Notes: generated from the letters alone by a model not told the origin. 64,000 nt of DNA from Parachlamydiales bacterium (GCA_963765145.1 CAVXVG010000029.1:32001-96000); one strand, 5' to 3'; positions 23,121-33,899 are shown, counted from the first letter of the stretch. Numbers and translations are program-made.

Positions 23121-24085
23121 TGACTTGGACTTTTGAAAGCATCTTCGACCTTTATCAACAGCCTCTGATGGAGCTTGTCTACAAGGCAGCCACTGTCCAT
23201 CGTCACCATTTCGACCCTCTGGAAGTTCAACGGTGCTCTCTTTTATCGATCAAAACAGGTGGATGTCCTGAAAATTGCAGCTATTGCCCACAATCGGCTC
23301 ATCATCAAACAGGCGTAAAAGCCGAAAAATTGATGGAAGTCGAAGATGTCTTAGGCGAGGCTAAAAAGGCAAAAGATGGTGGAGCAACTAGGTTTTGCAT
23401 GGGCGCTGCCTGGAGAAAAGTGCGAGACAGCCAAGACTTTGAGAACGTTTTGGAGATGGTCAAAGGGGTTAATGGCATGGGGATGGAGTGTTGCGTCACT
23501 TTAGGCATGCTGACAGAAGAACAAGCCTACAAACTAAAAGAGGCTGGTTTGTACGCCTACAATCACAACCTTGACACAGGCAAAAATCACTATAGCAACA
23601 TCATCACAACTCGCACCTACGACGATCGGCTAAACACTTTAGATGTAGTCAGAAAGGCAGGCATCTCTGTCTGTTGCGGCGGTATTATTGGCCTTGGTGA
23701 AAAAGTTGAAGACAGAATAGACATGCTACTTACACTGTCTGAACTTGAAACTCCGCCAGAATCTATTCCAATCAATGCTCTTGTCCCTACAAAAGGGACA
23801 CCTCTAGAACACCGAAACAAGGTGAACCCTTTCGAGATGGTTAGAATGATCGCCACCACCCGCATTGTGTTTCCTACATCGATGGTTCGCCTTTCTGCCG
23901 GACGCCTTTCTCTTTCACCTGCTGAACAGGCCCTTTGCTTCTTTGCAGGTGCCAACAGCATCTTCGTAGGTGAAAAACTGCTTACCAGCCCAAACCCCGA
24001 TATCGACGCTGACGCCGAGCTCTTCAACACCCTCGGTCTCCGCGGCATGGAAAGCCACCTAGAAGCCGCCAACTCCTGCTGCTAA
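23120..24085 (+). CDS. bioB: Biotin synthase
   Basis: CPENCSYCPQS radical-SAM motif, YNHNLDT, RLSAGR. Confidence 0.97.
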   Translation: MTWTFESIFDLYQQPLMELVYKAATVHRHHFDPLEVQRCSLLSIKTGGCPENCSYCPQSAHHQTGVKAEKLMEVEDVLGEAKKAKDGGATRFCMGAAWRKVRDSQDFENVLEMVKGVNGMGMECCVTLGMLTEEQAYKLKEAGLYAYNHNLDTGKNHYSNIITTRTYDDRLNTLDVVRKAGISVCCGGIIGLGEKVEDRIDMLLTLSELETPPESIPINALVPTKGTPLEHRNKVNPFEMVRMIATTRIVFPTSMVRLSAGRLSLSPAEQALCFFAGANSIFVGEKLLTSPNPDIDADAELFNTLGLRGMESHLEAANSCC

Positions 24086-24095
24086 CTACAACCAC

Positions 24096-24124
24096 TTGTG
24101 GGTAATACCCACCGCTGATATAAT
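24096..24124 (+). promoter_or_regulatory. TA promoter with a palindromic operator
   Basis: TTGTGG-17 bp-TATAAT overlapping the inverted repeat GTGGGTA-A-TACCCAC (24098-24112). Confidence 0.65.
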
Positions 24125-24148
24125 GAAGTTAAAGAGATCAGAGGTCAT

Positions 24149-24451
24149 ATGGAACGCCATACATCAAAAGTTAGCAAAGATGAGAAAAATCGCATCTCTC
24201 TAACTCGCGTCTTAACAAAGGAAGAGCAGGAAAGCTTTAGCACCTTTCGTATCTATCGACAAGGTGGGAAGATCATTTTAGAGCCTGTTATGGAAATTCC
24301 CGTGAAGGATCATTGGATTTATAAAAACCCAGAAGCTCTCGCTTCTCTTATGAAAGGGCTTAAAGATGCTGAAGAGGGAAGGGTTAGAACAATTTCATCT
24401 GAAGAGCTAGATCAGTGGGAAAAGGAACTGGAAAATGAACCAGACCTTTGA
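24149..24451 (+). CDS. Putative antitoxin (AbrB-like N-terminus)
   Basis: DEKNRISL, GKIILEP, W...NPEALASL..GL.DAEEGRV; overlaps the toxin gene. Confidence 0.7.
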   Translation: MERHTSKVSKDEKNRISLTRVLTKEEQESFSTFRIYRQGGKIILEPVMEIPVKDHWIYKNPEALASLMKGLKDAEEGRVRTISSEELDQWEKELENEPDL

Positions 24452-24737
24452 GATAAGACTTTCCAGAGATGCAGAAATATCATTCGAAAAATTAAAGAAT
24501 GATAATTCCAAAAGAGCTATTGCGAAAGCTGTTGTTAAAAGCCTTAAATTCATGAAAGTTAATTTAAAGCATCAGTCACTAAACACTCATAAATTCGATC
24601 AAATGTGCGGGCCGAATAAAGAGGAAGTTTTTGAATCTTATGCTCAAAATAATACGCCGGGGGCATATCGAATATTTTGGTATTACGGCCCAGCAAAAAA
24701 AGAAATCACTGTTCTTGCAATTACCCCGCATCCATAG
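24435..24737 (+). CDS. RelE/ParE-superfamily toxin
   Basis: HQSLNTHK, GAYRIFWYYG, ITVLAITPHP. Confidence 0.75.
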   Translation: MNQTFEIRLSRDAEISFEKLKNDNSKRAIAKAVVKSLKFMKVNLKHQSLNTHKFDQMCGPNKEEVFESYAQNNTPGAYRIFWYYGPAKKEITVLAITPHP

Positions 24738-24790
24738 AAGAAAATCTTGAAGGAAAATGGGGATTTATCATTCAGTAGGGAAATAACTGT

Positions 24791-25945
24791 TTGGATAAGA
24801 ATCCCGTGTCGCGCTTCATAAAACCCACTTCATTGAGATTACCTGATGAAAAACATGAGCGGCATGCCACATGGCTGGAAATATTTTTTGATCTGATTTT
24901 TGCGGTGCTTGTCGTACAGCTTTCAGACAGATTATCAAAAGATTTCACACTGACCGGACTGCTTAAATGTGCTGCTTTGTTGGTCCCTTCCATATGGACA
25001 TGGACAAGTTACACTGTATTTGCAGCACGTTTTGATAATAATGATGCTGTTCATTGGTTAATGACATTCATCACAATGTTTGCCGGTGCGATTATGGCCA
25101 TACAAATTCCAGATGCACTAGAAGATGGTGGAACTGGGTTTTCTATTGGCTTTGTCCTATCACAAGTGACTTTGCTTTTTCTCTACTCACGGCCTCATCA
25201 CGATATGGCCGCTGCCCATAAGCTCACCCATTTTTATCTCACTGGATTTGGGCTAGCTACCCTTTGTTGGGTCATTTCATTACTTTTCGATCCTCCAGAA
25301 CAATTTTATTTGTGGATCTTAGGTATGTCTATTTACCTTGCCGTACCGTGGATTGGCAGGAAACGAATTTTATCCAAGGCTCCGCTTGATACGATCTATA
25401 TCCCAGAACGGCTTGGAGCGTTTACTGTCATTATTTTAGGGCAAATTGTGACATCTGTCGTTCTCGGCCTTGAATCGGCAAGTTGGCACTTCACCTCTGT
25501 GGTAACTAGCATGATGGCATTTGCACTGGCCATCATCATTTGGGGACAGTATTACTGGTTTACTCAAGTAGCTGATTATAAATGCACGTTGGGTTCAGGT
25601 CAGCCCTACATCTACGCTCACATTCCATTGATTTTCAGCTTAATGGTGATTGGCGTTTGCGCACAATTTTTCATATCAAACACAGACATAGATGAAACCG
25701 TAAGAAACACATTTTGTTGTTCAATCATCTTGTACATGAGTTCATTTTTCCTTCTTCAGTACATTGCACTGCCAAATATTAGAATTCGGGGAATTGCTTA
25801 CTTAGGAGGCACCACTGCCACACTGTGTTTGTTTTACTTGTCCCCTCTAGCTCCAATGTTCCTCATGACAGGCATTGCGCTCATTTTTCTTACACTTTTT
25901 GCAGTTCAATACCTACTTGGCTACAAGTACATACACATACATTAA
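24791..25945 (+). CDS. Low temperature requirement protein A family membrane protein
   Basis: ATWLEIFFDLIF, ERLGAFTVIILG, YIYAHIPL. Confidence 0.9.
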   Translation: MDKNPVSRFIKPTSLRLPDEKHERHATWLEIFFDLIFAVLVVQLSDRLSKDFTLTGLLKCAALLVPSIWTWTSYTVFAARFDNNDAVHWLMTFITMFAGAIMAIQIPDALEDGGTGFSIGFVLSQVTLLFLYSRPHHDMAAAHKLTHFYLTGFGLATLCWVISLLFDPPEQFYLWILGMSIYLAVPWIGRKRILSKAPLDTIYIPERLGAFTVIILGQIVTSVVLGLESASWHFTSVVTSMMAFALAIIIWGQYYWFTQVADYKCTLGSGQPYIYAHIPLIFSLMVIGVCAQFFISNTDIDETVRNTFCCSIILYMSSFFLLQYIALPNIRIRGIAYLGGTTATLCLFYLSPLAPMFLMTGIALIFLTLFAVQYLLGYKYIHIH

Positions 25946-25971
25946 CCAGAATGCAGAGCTATCAAGAGAAA

Positions 25972-26077
25972 TGTAGCTTAGGCTTTAGCCTGAGTTTGTT
26001 TTTGCGGGTTTTAACCCGCAAGCTTCCAGCAGGACTAAAGTCCTGTAAAACGACCTCAGGCTAAAGCCTAAGCTACA
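25972..26077. repeat. Free-standing GTAG-type REP doublet C
   Basis: TGTAGCTTAGGCTTTAGCCTGAG...CTCAGGCTAAAGCCTAAGCTACA; inverted homolog of 14802-14907. Confidence 0.9.
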
Positions 26078-26106
26078 ATATACGTGCAAATTCCATTTGA
26101 TAATGT

Positions 26107-27375
26107 TTAGATTTTGTCGAGGGCAAGCTGGAGGGCAGAAAAGACTGCATCTAACTCTTGGTCGGTGATAGTGTAAGGCGGAGTGATGAAGACAGCTTCT
26201 CCGAATGGACGGATCAGCACACCATGCTCTTCCACGATCTTTTGAAACTGTTTGCCAAGTGCACTTCCATACCCTTCATCTGCATCGAGGTCGAACACGA
26301 AAATAGCACCCAATCCTCTTACCTTTTTGACTTTCGGATGAGTCAGCAGAAAATTCCCCCTTTCTTTCATCCTGTCGTGCATCAGCTTATAGCGCCCTTC
26401 CTGCAACAGCTCAAGCGAAGCGGTAGCTGCGACACACCCTAAAGGGTTGCCTGTATAGGAATGGCCATGCAGAAAAGCTTTACCCACATTATCTGATAAA
26501 AACGCTTCGTATACCTCTTCAGTGGTTACGGTCAGCGCAAGAGGCAAAAAACCCCCTGTTATGGCCTTAGAAAGGCAAATAAAATCGGGCTTGCAAGTTG
26601 TCTGATCAACAGCAAAAAGGGTGCCTGTCCTGCCAAAACCGGTCATCACCTCATCAAAAATGATCAAGGCTCCATAGCGACGTGCTATTTTTTCTACCTC
26701 ATTGAAAAATTGAGGACGTGCTTGGCGCAACCCCCCAAGCCCTTGCATCAATGGTTCTATAACAACAGCGGCTATCTCCTCTCCTCTCTCTTTGAAAGTT
26801 TTTTTCAAAGCTAGTAAAGCCTTACTCTCCTTCTCTTCAACCTCGGTATCTCCCCAAAAAGTGGCTGGATAGGGTGTGCGTAGTACGTCAAAAAGAAGCG
26901 GCTCAAAAGGAGCTGCAACCACCGCTATCGAGCTGACAGAGGCTGCTCCTAAAGTGTCTCCATGGTATCCGCCATCAAAAACAACAAACGTTTTTCTGGG
27001 CTTTCCTAGGTTCCAAAAGTACTGGAAGGCCATTTTTAACGCGGCTTCTACAGAAGTGGCTCCATTATCGGAAAAAAAGAACCTGTTTAGGTGAGAGGGC
27101 AAATGAGGCTGAAGCTTTTCGACATAGTGCTCTGCCGGCTCATGGCTAAACCCTGCAAACATCACATGCTCAAGACGTAACGATTGTTTGTAGATAGCTT
27201 CGGCAATTTTTGGATGGGCATGGCCATGCAAATTGACCCACCAGCTAGATGTGGCATCGATCAACTTTCTTCCATCTGCAAGGGTTAAAAAAACGCCGCA
27301 TCCAGAAACAACTTTTTGTGGAGCACTTGCCGTTTTGACTTGCGTCCAAGGATGCCAAATAACCGGTTTAGACAT
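26107..27375 (-). CDS. bioA: DAPA aminotransferase
   Basis: WHPWTQ, SSWWVNLHGH, FDEVMTGFGRTG, SKAITGG, HGHSYTGNP. Confidence 0.96.
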   Translation of the reverse strand: MSKPVIWHPWTQVKTASAPQKVVSGCGVFLTLADGRKLIDATSSWWVNLHGHAHPKIAEAIYKQSLRLEHVMFAGFSHEPAEHYVEKLQPHLPSHLNRFFFSDNGATSVEAALKMAFQYFWNLGKPRKTFVVFDGGYHGDTLGAASVSSIAVVAAPFEPLLFDVLRTPYPATFWGDTEVEEKESKALLALKKTFKERGEEIAAVVIEPLMQGLGGLRQARPQFFNEVEKIARRYGALIIFDEVMTGFGRTGTLFAVDQTTCKPDFICLSKAITGGFLPLALTVTTEEVYEAFLSDNVGKAFLHGHSYTGNPLGCVAATASLELLQEGRYKLMHDRMKERGNFLLTHPKVKKVRGLGAIFVFDLDADEGYGSALGKQFQKIVEEHGVLIRPFGEAVFITPPYTITDQELDAVFSALQLALDKI

Positions 27376-28007
27376 TAGACACTGATCTTTTCTGTTCTCC
27401 AGAAGGTTTTAAAATCATCGATCGGATGCAATTCACCTAATATTTCTACTCGTCCAAACTGTTCAATTGCTTCGACATTTCCCTCATTTTTTGGTCCGTT
27501 GACGACAACTCCTAAAATAGGGATTTTTCTTGCTCGCAAGGCTTCTAATGTAAGCAAAGTGTGATTGATGGTTCCCAAAGTTGAGCGTGCAACAACAACA
27601 ACAGGTAAATCCCAAAATTTCAGCAGATCGATAAAAAGTGTCTCTTCGGTCAGAGGCGTCATGACCCCTCCTACCCCTTCAATGATAAGAGGCTCTTTTT
27701 CAACGGGAGGGATCAAGAGCTGGTCAAACTGGATCACCTGATGCTCCTTCCGGGCAGCAAGATGAGGAGAGGCTGCAAGTTCAAATGAATAGGCCTCTTT
27801 CCAAACCTGTTTTAAGTGCACATCTCCTTCCTTTAAGACAAATTCTCGATCGGTCTCTGGTGATGTGCCGGTTTGAATCGGTTTCCAATAGGTTCCATTC
27901 AAGTGTTTGGTCAGCAACGTTGACACAACTGTTTTTCCGACGCCTGTATCGGTGCCTGTGACAACAAAACGTTTCGGATAAGGGAAATGGCGATTCCAAC
28001 TAAACAT
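27375..28007 (-). CDS. bioD: Dethiobiotin synthase
   Basis: TGTDTGVGKT, KPIQTG, EGVGG, LGTINHT. Confidence 0.96.
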   Translation of the reverse strand: MFSWNRHFPYPKRFVVTGTDTGVGKTVVSTLLTKHLNGTYWKPIQTGTSPETDREFVLKEGDVHLKQVWKEAYSFELAASPHLAARKEHQVIQFDQLLIPPVEKEPLIIEGVGGVMTPLTEETLFIDLLKFWDLPVVVVARSTLGTINHTLLTLEALRARKIPILGVVVNGPKNEGNVEAIEQFGRVEILGELHPIDDFKTFWRTEKISV

Positions 28008-28689
28008 GTACTACCTCTAAAAATGCTACTGTTGCTTGGGTCTGGAAAGGTTCTGTCTGCTTAGATAGCTCTCTTAATAGTCCCAAAGAAATTTTCTCTT
28101 GATTAAGAGAGATATTAGCACCCAACTTTTTTAACCACACGAGAAAGCTCCGTGGCGAGGCAAAATGGAGCGGAAAGGTTTCGATCTCCAGACGGCAATT
28201 TAAGGTGGAGAGCTGTTCAGCGGTAGGCAAACGGTTCAAAGGAATCTTCGTAAGTGCTTCCCATTCTGCAAAAGATGGAGAAATAGGAAGAGCGACAATG
28301 ACCTTTTCGCAAGTTTTAGACCATTTTTTTAGTGCTGCAATCGGGTCAGAAAACCACTGCAAAGCAAACGAGGAGGCAATCATTGAAACAGGCGGCACAT
28401 CGAGAGTTTCACCATCTCCTGCTACAAACTCGATCCGATGATCTTGAGGCAATAAAGGACCCATTTGGTCAGAAATGTCATTTGCAAAAAGGTGCTGGGG
28501 CTGAAAGCTTAAGAGCTGTTCTGTTAAAAAGCCGGTTCCACACCCCACTTCAAGCCAATTCCCTTTTGGAAAAGGGGCAAATTTTTGGCACAGCAGTTTT
28601 GCAACCTCACATTGCAGATCCCCGTTTAATCGATAGGTCTTTTTTGCCCTTCCGAAGGCTCTTGCAACTGTTGTTTTACAGATTTCCAT
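28000..28689 (-). CDS. bioC: Malonyl-ACP O-methyltransferase-like
   Basis: VARAFGRA, LEVGCGTG, SSFALQW; located in the bio cluster. Confidence 0.85.
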   Translation of the reverse strand: MEICKTTVARAFGRAKKTYRLNGDLQCEVAKLLCQKFAPFPKGNWLEVGCGTGFLTEQLLSFQPQHLFANDISDQMGPLLPQDHRIEFVAGDGETLDVPPVSMIASSFALQWFSDPIAALKKWSKTCEKVIVALPISPSFAEWEALTKIPLNRLPTAEQLSTLNCRLEIETFPLHFASPRSFLVWLKKLGANISLNQEKISLGLLRELSKQTEPFQTQATVAFLEVVHV

Positions 28690-29219
28690 TGTTCTAATGT
28701 CGCCATGTGCCCACCTTCGACCCAAATCACCTCTGCATGAGGAAGGAGGTTGTTCAATTCATTGGCACGATCTTTCAAAACAACTCTATCTTTTTTTGCA
28801 TGCCAAAGAGTGATCTTCGGGATCTTCAATAAAGGCTTTGTATCCAGCCCTTTTTGCATCCTGTCTAAATCATCCAGTAACAGCTGCACATTGATTGATT
28901 GCTCGAGCCAAGGAGCCTCACCAGTATAGCCCGATTCAGAGTAAAAGTCCCCAAGCAACTCTTTTGGATCATCTTGCAAATATTTTTTTATCAGTTTCAG
29001 CTTCATCTCTTCCATAAAGCCGACGCCAAGTCTGATAAAACCCGAAAGGACCACAAGTTCTTCACATTGGCTTAAGTCAGCCCAGTGCAATCCGAATGAG
29101 TGAGTCACAATTTTTTTCGAGGGGGTCCCCTCTTTCTTTTGGCCAAAGTAGCCACGATCGGCCGATTGAAACGGAGAGAAAATTTCGGCAGGATAACCCC
29201 ACCCATGGTAACAAAACAT
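28626..29219 (-). CDS. Alpha/beta hydrolase, BioH-like pimeloyl-ACP methyl ester esterase
   Basis: HGWG, THSFG nucleophile elbow, D and H (KDRVV, GGH); upstream of bioC. Confidence 0.7.
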   Translation of the reverse strand: MFCYHGWGYPAEIFSPFQSADRGYFGQKKEGTPSKKIVTHSFGLHWADLSQCEELVVLSGFIRLGVGFMEEMKLKLIKKYLQDDPKELLGDFYSESGYTGEAPWLEQSINVQLLLDDLDRMQKGLDTKPLLKIPKITLWHAKKDRVVLKDRANELNNLLPHAEVIWVEGGHMATLEQWKSVKQQLQEPSEGQKRPID

Positions 29220-29354
29220 GGCAGACAGTTTATACTAACAGTCATTTTCGCTCGAATGTTAGACCTAAAATCATTGCGTAGCTATATTTCATTAGAACTT
29301 GCGTGTAAGTAAGTTAAATCTGAGTCAAAACCACGCTAATTAATTGGAGTTCCT

Positions 29355-30479
29355 ATGTCTACGCTCGGCGTCTACCCCCAACAAATTCCCCTCATACCCC
29401 CTGTTTATGAGGCACAACAAACTATTGATGATATGGAGATAAGCGAGGATGTTTATGCCTACCCTTTACTCCCTATTGAGAAAGCCGAAAGTAGCTGGGG
29501 AGCGAGCGGATCTGTTTCAACCCTAAACGGATCTGATTCAACTCTGAATGAAACCATCCAAACGATAGTTAAAATGAAAGTATGGGGCGGACCTGTTGCT
29601 CGCAATTTTGCGTGGCACCATGGCCCAAGGGATATCCGAATCGTTTGGGGAGATGGGTTCCCCTTTTCTCCGGTAAGTCATGTAGCGGGTATTTGTGAGG
29701 AAAATGTTCATCTCTTTAATAAACTCCTAAAAAACCGTTATAAATTTGTAGACTCTTTAAAAAATTCTGAAATTTATGTCTGCTTAGATGCTCATGAAAG
29801 TAAATGTAGAGTTGAAGGAGCCTGTTGGCAACCAAACGATCAATGGGTGTACTTTGGTAAAAATGGAGCTCAATTGAAACCTTACGCATTAGCAAATGCT
29901 ATTGATATCGTTGCTCATGAGCTTGGGCACCGCGTTATTCAGCTCCACGGAGGAACCCCGGGGTGTCTTGCCTACGAACGCCAATCGGGTGCTTTAAACG
30001 AGTCTTTAGCCGATATCATCGGAATCACAACTAAACATTTTGCATCTAAGTCACACCTTCATGACATCGATTGGTCTATTGGAAAAGGAATCTATTTAGA
30101 TAAGGATGACCTTGCTCTCCGCTCCTTTGAAAACCCAAATGGCGATAGTACGATTAAGGTAGAACGCTGGCAACCGAAAAACGCAAACGGCTATAAAGCT
30201 TACCCGCTAGCCAAAGACAATGGTGGCGTTCACACAAATTCCGGGATTCCTAATCATGCCTTCTACAAGGTAGTAACGAAGCTTGGATGTCATTCCTGGA
30301 AACGACCGACAGAGATTTGGTTAAATGCGCTGAAATCTTGCAAGGCAGACGAAACGTTCGCTAGCTTTGCCCAACTCACGCACGAAGGATGTCTTAATAC
30401 TCACGAAAAAAACGCCGTCGAGAAAGCTTGGAGTGAAGTTGGAATTATTCGCGGCCAAGAAACCATACAACATGTTTAA
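29355..30479 (+). CDS. M4 (thermolysin/protealysin-like) metalloprotease, intact active site
   Basis: DIVAHELGH, SGALNESLAD, DNGGVHTNSGIPNHAFY. Confidence 0.9.
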   Translation: MSTLGVYPQQIPLIPPVYEAQQTIDDMEISEDVYAYPLLPIEKAESSWGASGSVSTLNGSDSTLNETIQTIVKMKVWGGPVARNFAWHHGPRDIRIVWGDGFPFSPVSHVAGICEENVHLFNKLLKNRYKFVDSLKNSEIYVCLDAHESKCRVEGACWQPNDQWVYFGKNGAQLKPYALANAIDIVAHELGHRVIQLHGGTPGCLAYERQSGALNESLADIIGITTKHFASKSHLHDIDWSIGKGIYLDKDDLALRSFENPNGDSTIKVERWQPKNANGYKAYPLAKDNGGVHTNSGIPNHAFYKVVTKLGCHSWKRPTEIWLNALKSCKADETFASFAQLTHEGCLNTHEKNAVEKAWSEVGIIRGQETIQHV

Positions 30480-30494
30480 TATAATTGGGGTCAG

Positions 30495-32630
30495 ATGAGC
30501 GCTTTAAAATTTGTTGGTGTTCCTTGCTTTCACTTGCCCAAGGCAGTGGCAAGCAAAATCTTCGATCAGAAACTTGAGAAAGGGGAAAAAGTTGAACTTT
30601 TCCTCAAAGTTTCTGGGGGATTAGAAGCTTTCGTAGATGGTAAGCATGTTCTACTAAAAGGCGTTCCCCCAGACATTGGATCTGATGAAACCAAAAGCGC
30701 TCAAATCTGGCTGTCCGGAAGAGAATTGAAGTGGAATGGGGCCGAGCTCCAAATCTGCCCAAAAGTGGGAAAGTCTCTCTCTTCTTTTTCCCCACGTCCC
30801 CTTATGGGAAGAGAACTGTTTCTCCAAACATTAAGAAAAAGACTCGAAAGGGACTCGAGAGTCATCCTCACCGGAATGCGAGGAGTAGGCAAGTCTGCCC
30901 TTGCGGGTGCCTACCAAAACAAATTTGCCTCTTCATATACTCATCGGTGGGAGATTCAAGCATCTCAATTCAACATGTCGTTCTTAGCGCTTGCCCATTC
31001 CGTCGGCTTAGAAGGCGCCGAAGCAATGAAAACTTGGCTGCAAGAAACTAAAGGATGGTTGATTGTCGTGGAAGATGTCTTAGACATTACTTTTCTTGAT
31101 CACTACTTCCCTTCGACTCTTGGCGGACACCTTCTAGTGGTCTCTCCTCGACGCTCGTGGAAAGGAGAACTTGAACTTCCCCCTCTTGAGATGGAGGAGG
31201 CAATCGAATGTTTTCATGTCTCCACCGGGTTCGAAAACCAAGATGGGGTTAGGAAACTTGTAATGAAATTGGGATTTCTCCCCTCAGCTATAGAGCAGAC
31301 GGGCGACCACCTTAAAGGTAGCAGCACCTCCTATCTTCAGTTTCTTGCTTCCCTTGAACTATCAAGCAAGCCCCTCCAAAAATTTGAAATCTGGACAAGG
31401 TGGAAAGAGGCTGTGAATGCTTTGCAGAAAGAATCTCCAGCAGCCTATGAGCTTCTCGAGCAACTTGCCTGCCTCAATGGCAACGGCATCCCTAAGTATC
31501 TCTTCACCCAGAATGACCATCTCGACGACCTCTTATATCAACTCAATTGTCGCTACATGTTACAGACATGCGAAGGGATCATCGCCGTTGATCCTTTGGC
31601 ACAGCAAATTGTCAATGAACATGCAAAGGGCAATGCATTGGTAAGATTGCATCATAGCAAATTTGCCCTTCCACTCTGTTACTATCTTGGTGCTATCGCC
31701 CTTCGGGAAAACCGCCTTTCTGATGCAATGGATGCATTCACATTTGTCATAGAAGCTCAAAAAACGAAAACCGAACAACCACCACATCTTCTAGCCCTAA
31801 GCAAAATGGGATGTGCCAAAGTCTGGGCAGAAAACAATGAGCAGCTTAAAGCCGACCAGATGCTCGAAGAAGCATTGACCCTTGTAAAGCACTTGTCGCC
31901 ACTCGAAGAGGCCTATGGCTGGGTAAGCAGCGAAATCTACACAGATGCAGCCTTTTTCTTCTTATCGCAAAAAAAGTATGAAGAAGCGAAGCAGGCGTGT
32001 CTTCAGGCCCTATCTTGTTTCCATCATGCGATAGAAAAAGAAGGGCCACACCTTGCACGCACCTTCCACTTTCTTGGCCTTGCTTCGCTTGAACTAAAAG
32101 AACATAACCAAGCCCTCTTCTATCTAGAAAATGCTTGTAAGCTTTACCCTCCTACCGATCTTTTCACAAAGGCCCTCTACCAGTTGGCCCATCTTTACTT
32201 CCAATTCCAAGAAACACAAAAAGCTTCTGACACTCTTGTTCGCCTTCTGGATCTCTATGACACAGAGAAGAAAAAAGAAGACTCTTTTAAGGCACATGTG
32301 CTCTTTAGCCTTGCTAAAATTTCAACGATAAATGGAAATTTCCAAATGAGCACTGAATATCTTTTTGATGCTCACTGCATCCATAAAAGACTTATTCCAG
32401 AAAATAAAGTAGAGCAAATAAGAATCCTTCTTGCTTTGGAAGAAAATCACAAGGCAATGGGATCCGAAGTTGATGCCAAAAATGCTGCAACGGAATCTCT
32501 CCGTTTAGTCAATGCCCTAACCGAATCGGAAAAACATGAAGCACAAGACATTCTCAGCAAGATGACTCCGAAACCACAAGGCTTCAGCATCACCTTTAGT
32601 TCTTTTCTAAGAAATACCTTATTCAACTAA
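30495..32630 (+). CDS. NB-ARC/STAND NTPase with C-terminal TPR repeats
   Basis: MGRE, Walker A GMRGVGKS, Walker B WLIVVED, GFLPSAI (GLPL-like motif), TPR-like helices. Confidence 0.82.
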   Translation: MSALKFVGVPCFHLPKAVASKIFDQKLEKGEKVELFLKVSGGLEAFVDGKHVLLKGVPPDIGSDETKSAQIWLSGRELKWNGAELQICPKVGKSLSSFSPRPLMGRELFLQTLRKRLERDSRVILTGMRGVGKSALAGAYQNKFASSYTHRWEIQASQFNMSFLALAHSVGLEGAEAMKTWLQETKGWLIVVEDVLDITFLDHYFPSTLGGHLLVVSPRRSWKGELELPPLEMEEAIECFHVSTGFENQDGVRKLVMKLGFLPSAIEQTGDHLKGSSTSYLQFLASLELSSKPLQKFEIWTRWKEAVNALQKESPAAYELLEQLACLNGNGIPKYLFTQNDHLDDLLYQLNCRYMLQTCEGIIAVDPLAQQIVNEHAKGNALVRLHHSKFALPLCYYLGAIALRENRLSDAMDAFTFVIEAQKTKTEQPPHLLALSKMGCAKVWAENNEQLKADQMLEEALTLVKHLSPLEEAYGWVSSEIYTDAAFFFLSQKKYEEAKQACLQALSCFHHAIEKEGPHLARTFHFLGLASLELKEHNQALFYLENACKLYPPTDLFTKALYQLAHLYFQFQETQKASDTLVRLLDLYDTEKKKEDSFKAHVLFSLAKISTINGNFQMSTEYLFDAHCIHKRLIPENKVEQIRILLALEENHKAMGSEVDAKNAATESLRLVNALTESEKHEAQDILSKMTPKPQGFSITFSSFLRNTLFN

Positions 32631-32649
32631 CTCAACAAAGAAAAATACC

Positions 32650-33899
32650 ATGGCTAGTTTGCTCCCTACCTCACCATCATTAGTATCACCCGGCTATTTC
32701 GAAACACTCGGCTATGGGAAACAGGCAAGAGGTCAGTGGTGCAAAGAGCATCCTCTTCCGCCCATTTTGAATGGGGGAAAAAGCTCATAGCGCAACCTAG
32801 TGTCTCTACTGAATTCGCATTCGGTGTAGGTTCTTCAGAGCTTAGTGCCGCCCCCAAAATTGTCAATTTATGGAGACAAAATAATGAAGAGAATTTTACC
32901 CAAGCTCGGACAGCAACAAAAGACCAATGTCTTCGCAATCTTGGCCTGATCGAACAATTTACCCAAGAGCAATTCAACAAGCATCCTGTCAATAATAGCC
33001 ACCACACAATGAAAGTGATTGTCGATCAGGGAGACTCTCTTGTCTCTTGGCACTCTGACCGGGAACTTGTGACTTTTAGCCCCATCTCTGCAACGCACAA
33101 CTACATCAAGCCGGATGGCTTTGCGAAGGATCTGACAATTCTGGGGCATGCGTTTGGGCACGCCTACATCCAATACTACGGAGCCAAGGGAAATGGAAAT
33201 GGATTAAACCCGACCGGTGAATCAGGGGCGCTTTATGTATCGATAGCCGACACCATTGGTATCATGGTCGACCATTTTGACAAAAAAGGGAACGCCAATG
33301 GTCAAAATACCTCATGGCTCATTGGCACTTGCTTCCAAGAGTATACGGGACTTTTTGGCACTGAACACGAACCCGTTTCATTCGATGAAGGCCATGCTAT
33401 TCGCTCGATGGAAAAGCCTGGACATGCCAATCCTTTTGATGAGCAATGGACAGGCAATAAATCACGTGAAGGGCACCCTATTGATCACTACGATAATAGA
33501 TATCAAAACATAGCAGCAAAAGACGACCCTGGGGAGATCTTCTACAATTGTGGTATACCGAATAAGGCCTTTCAATTGGCTGTGACTGCCTTACAAAGGC
33601 CTTCATATGAAACGATCGGGCATATCTGGATTGAGGCCTTGCATGACTGCGAAGAAAATTTCACGTTTGCACAATTTGCTGAACTAACCGCAGCCAAAGC
33701 CAAATCCTCAGAAGAAAAGAACATCGTTAGAAAAGCATGGTTTGACGTTGGCGTCCTCGAAAACCAAATCCCGCCACCTCCAATCCAAGTCCCCCCTCGA
33801 AGAACAAGAACGTGGAGTGAAGAATTTGATGACGGCATCGGGAATGGTCTCCAGCGAATGGCAAGAAGAGTTTTCATGTATCCCGAATCGACCGAGTAA
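32650..33899 (+). CDS. M4-family pseudo-protease (catalytic residues substituted); 5' end uncertain
   Basis: HAFGH in place of HExxH, SGALYVSIAD in place of GALNE, GEIFYNCGIPNKAF in place of GGVHxNSG. ORF 32736-33899; likely ATG at 32650 is out of frame. Confidence 0.8.
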
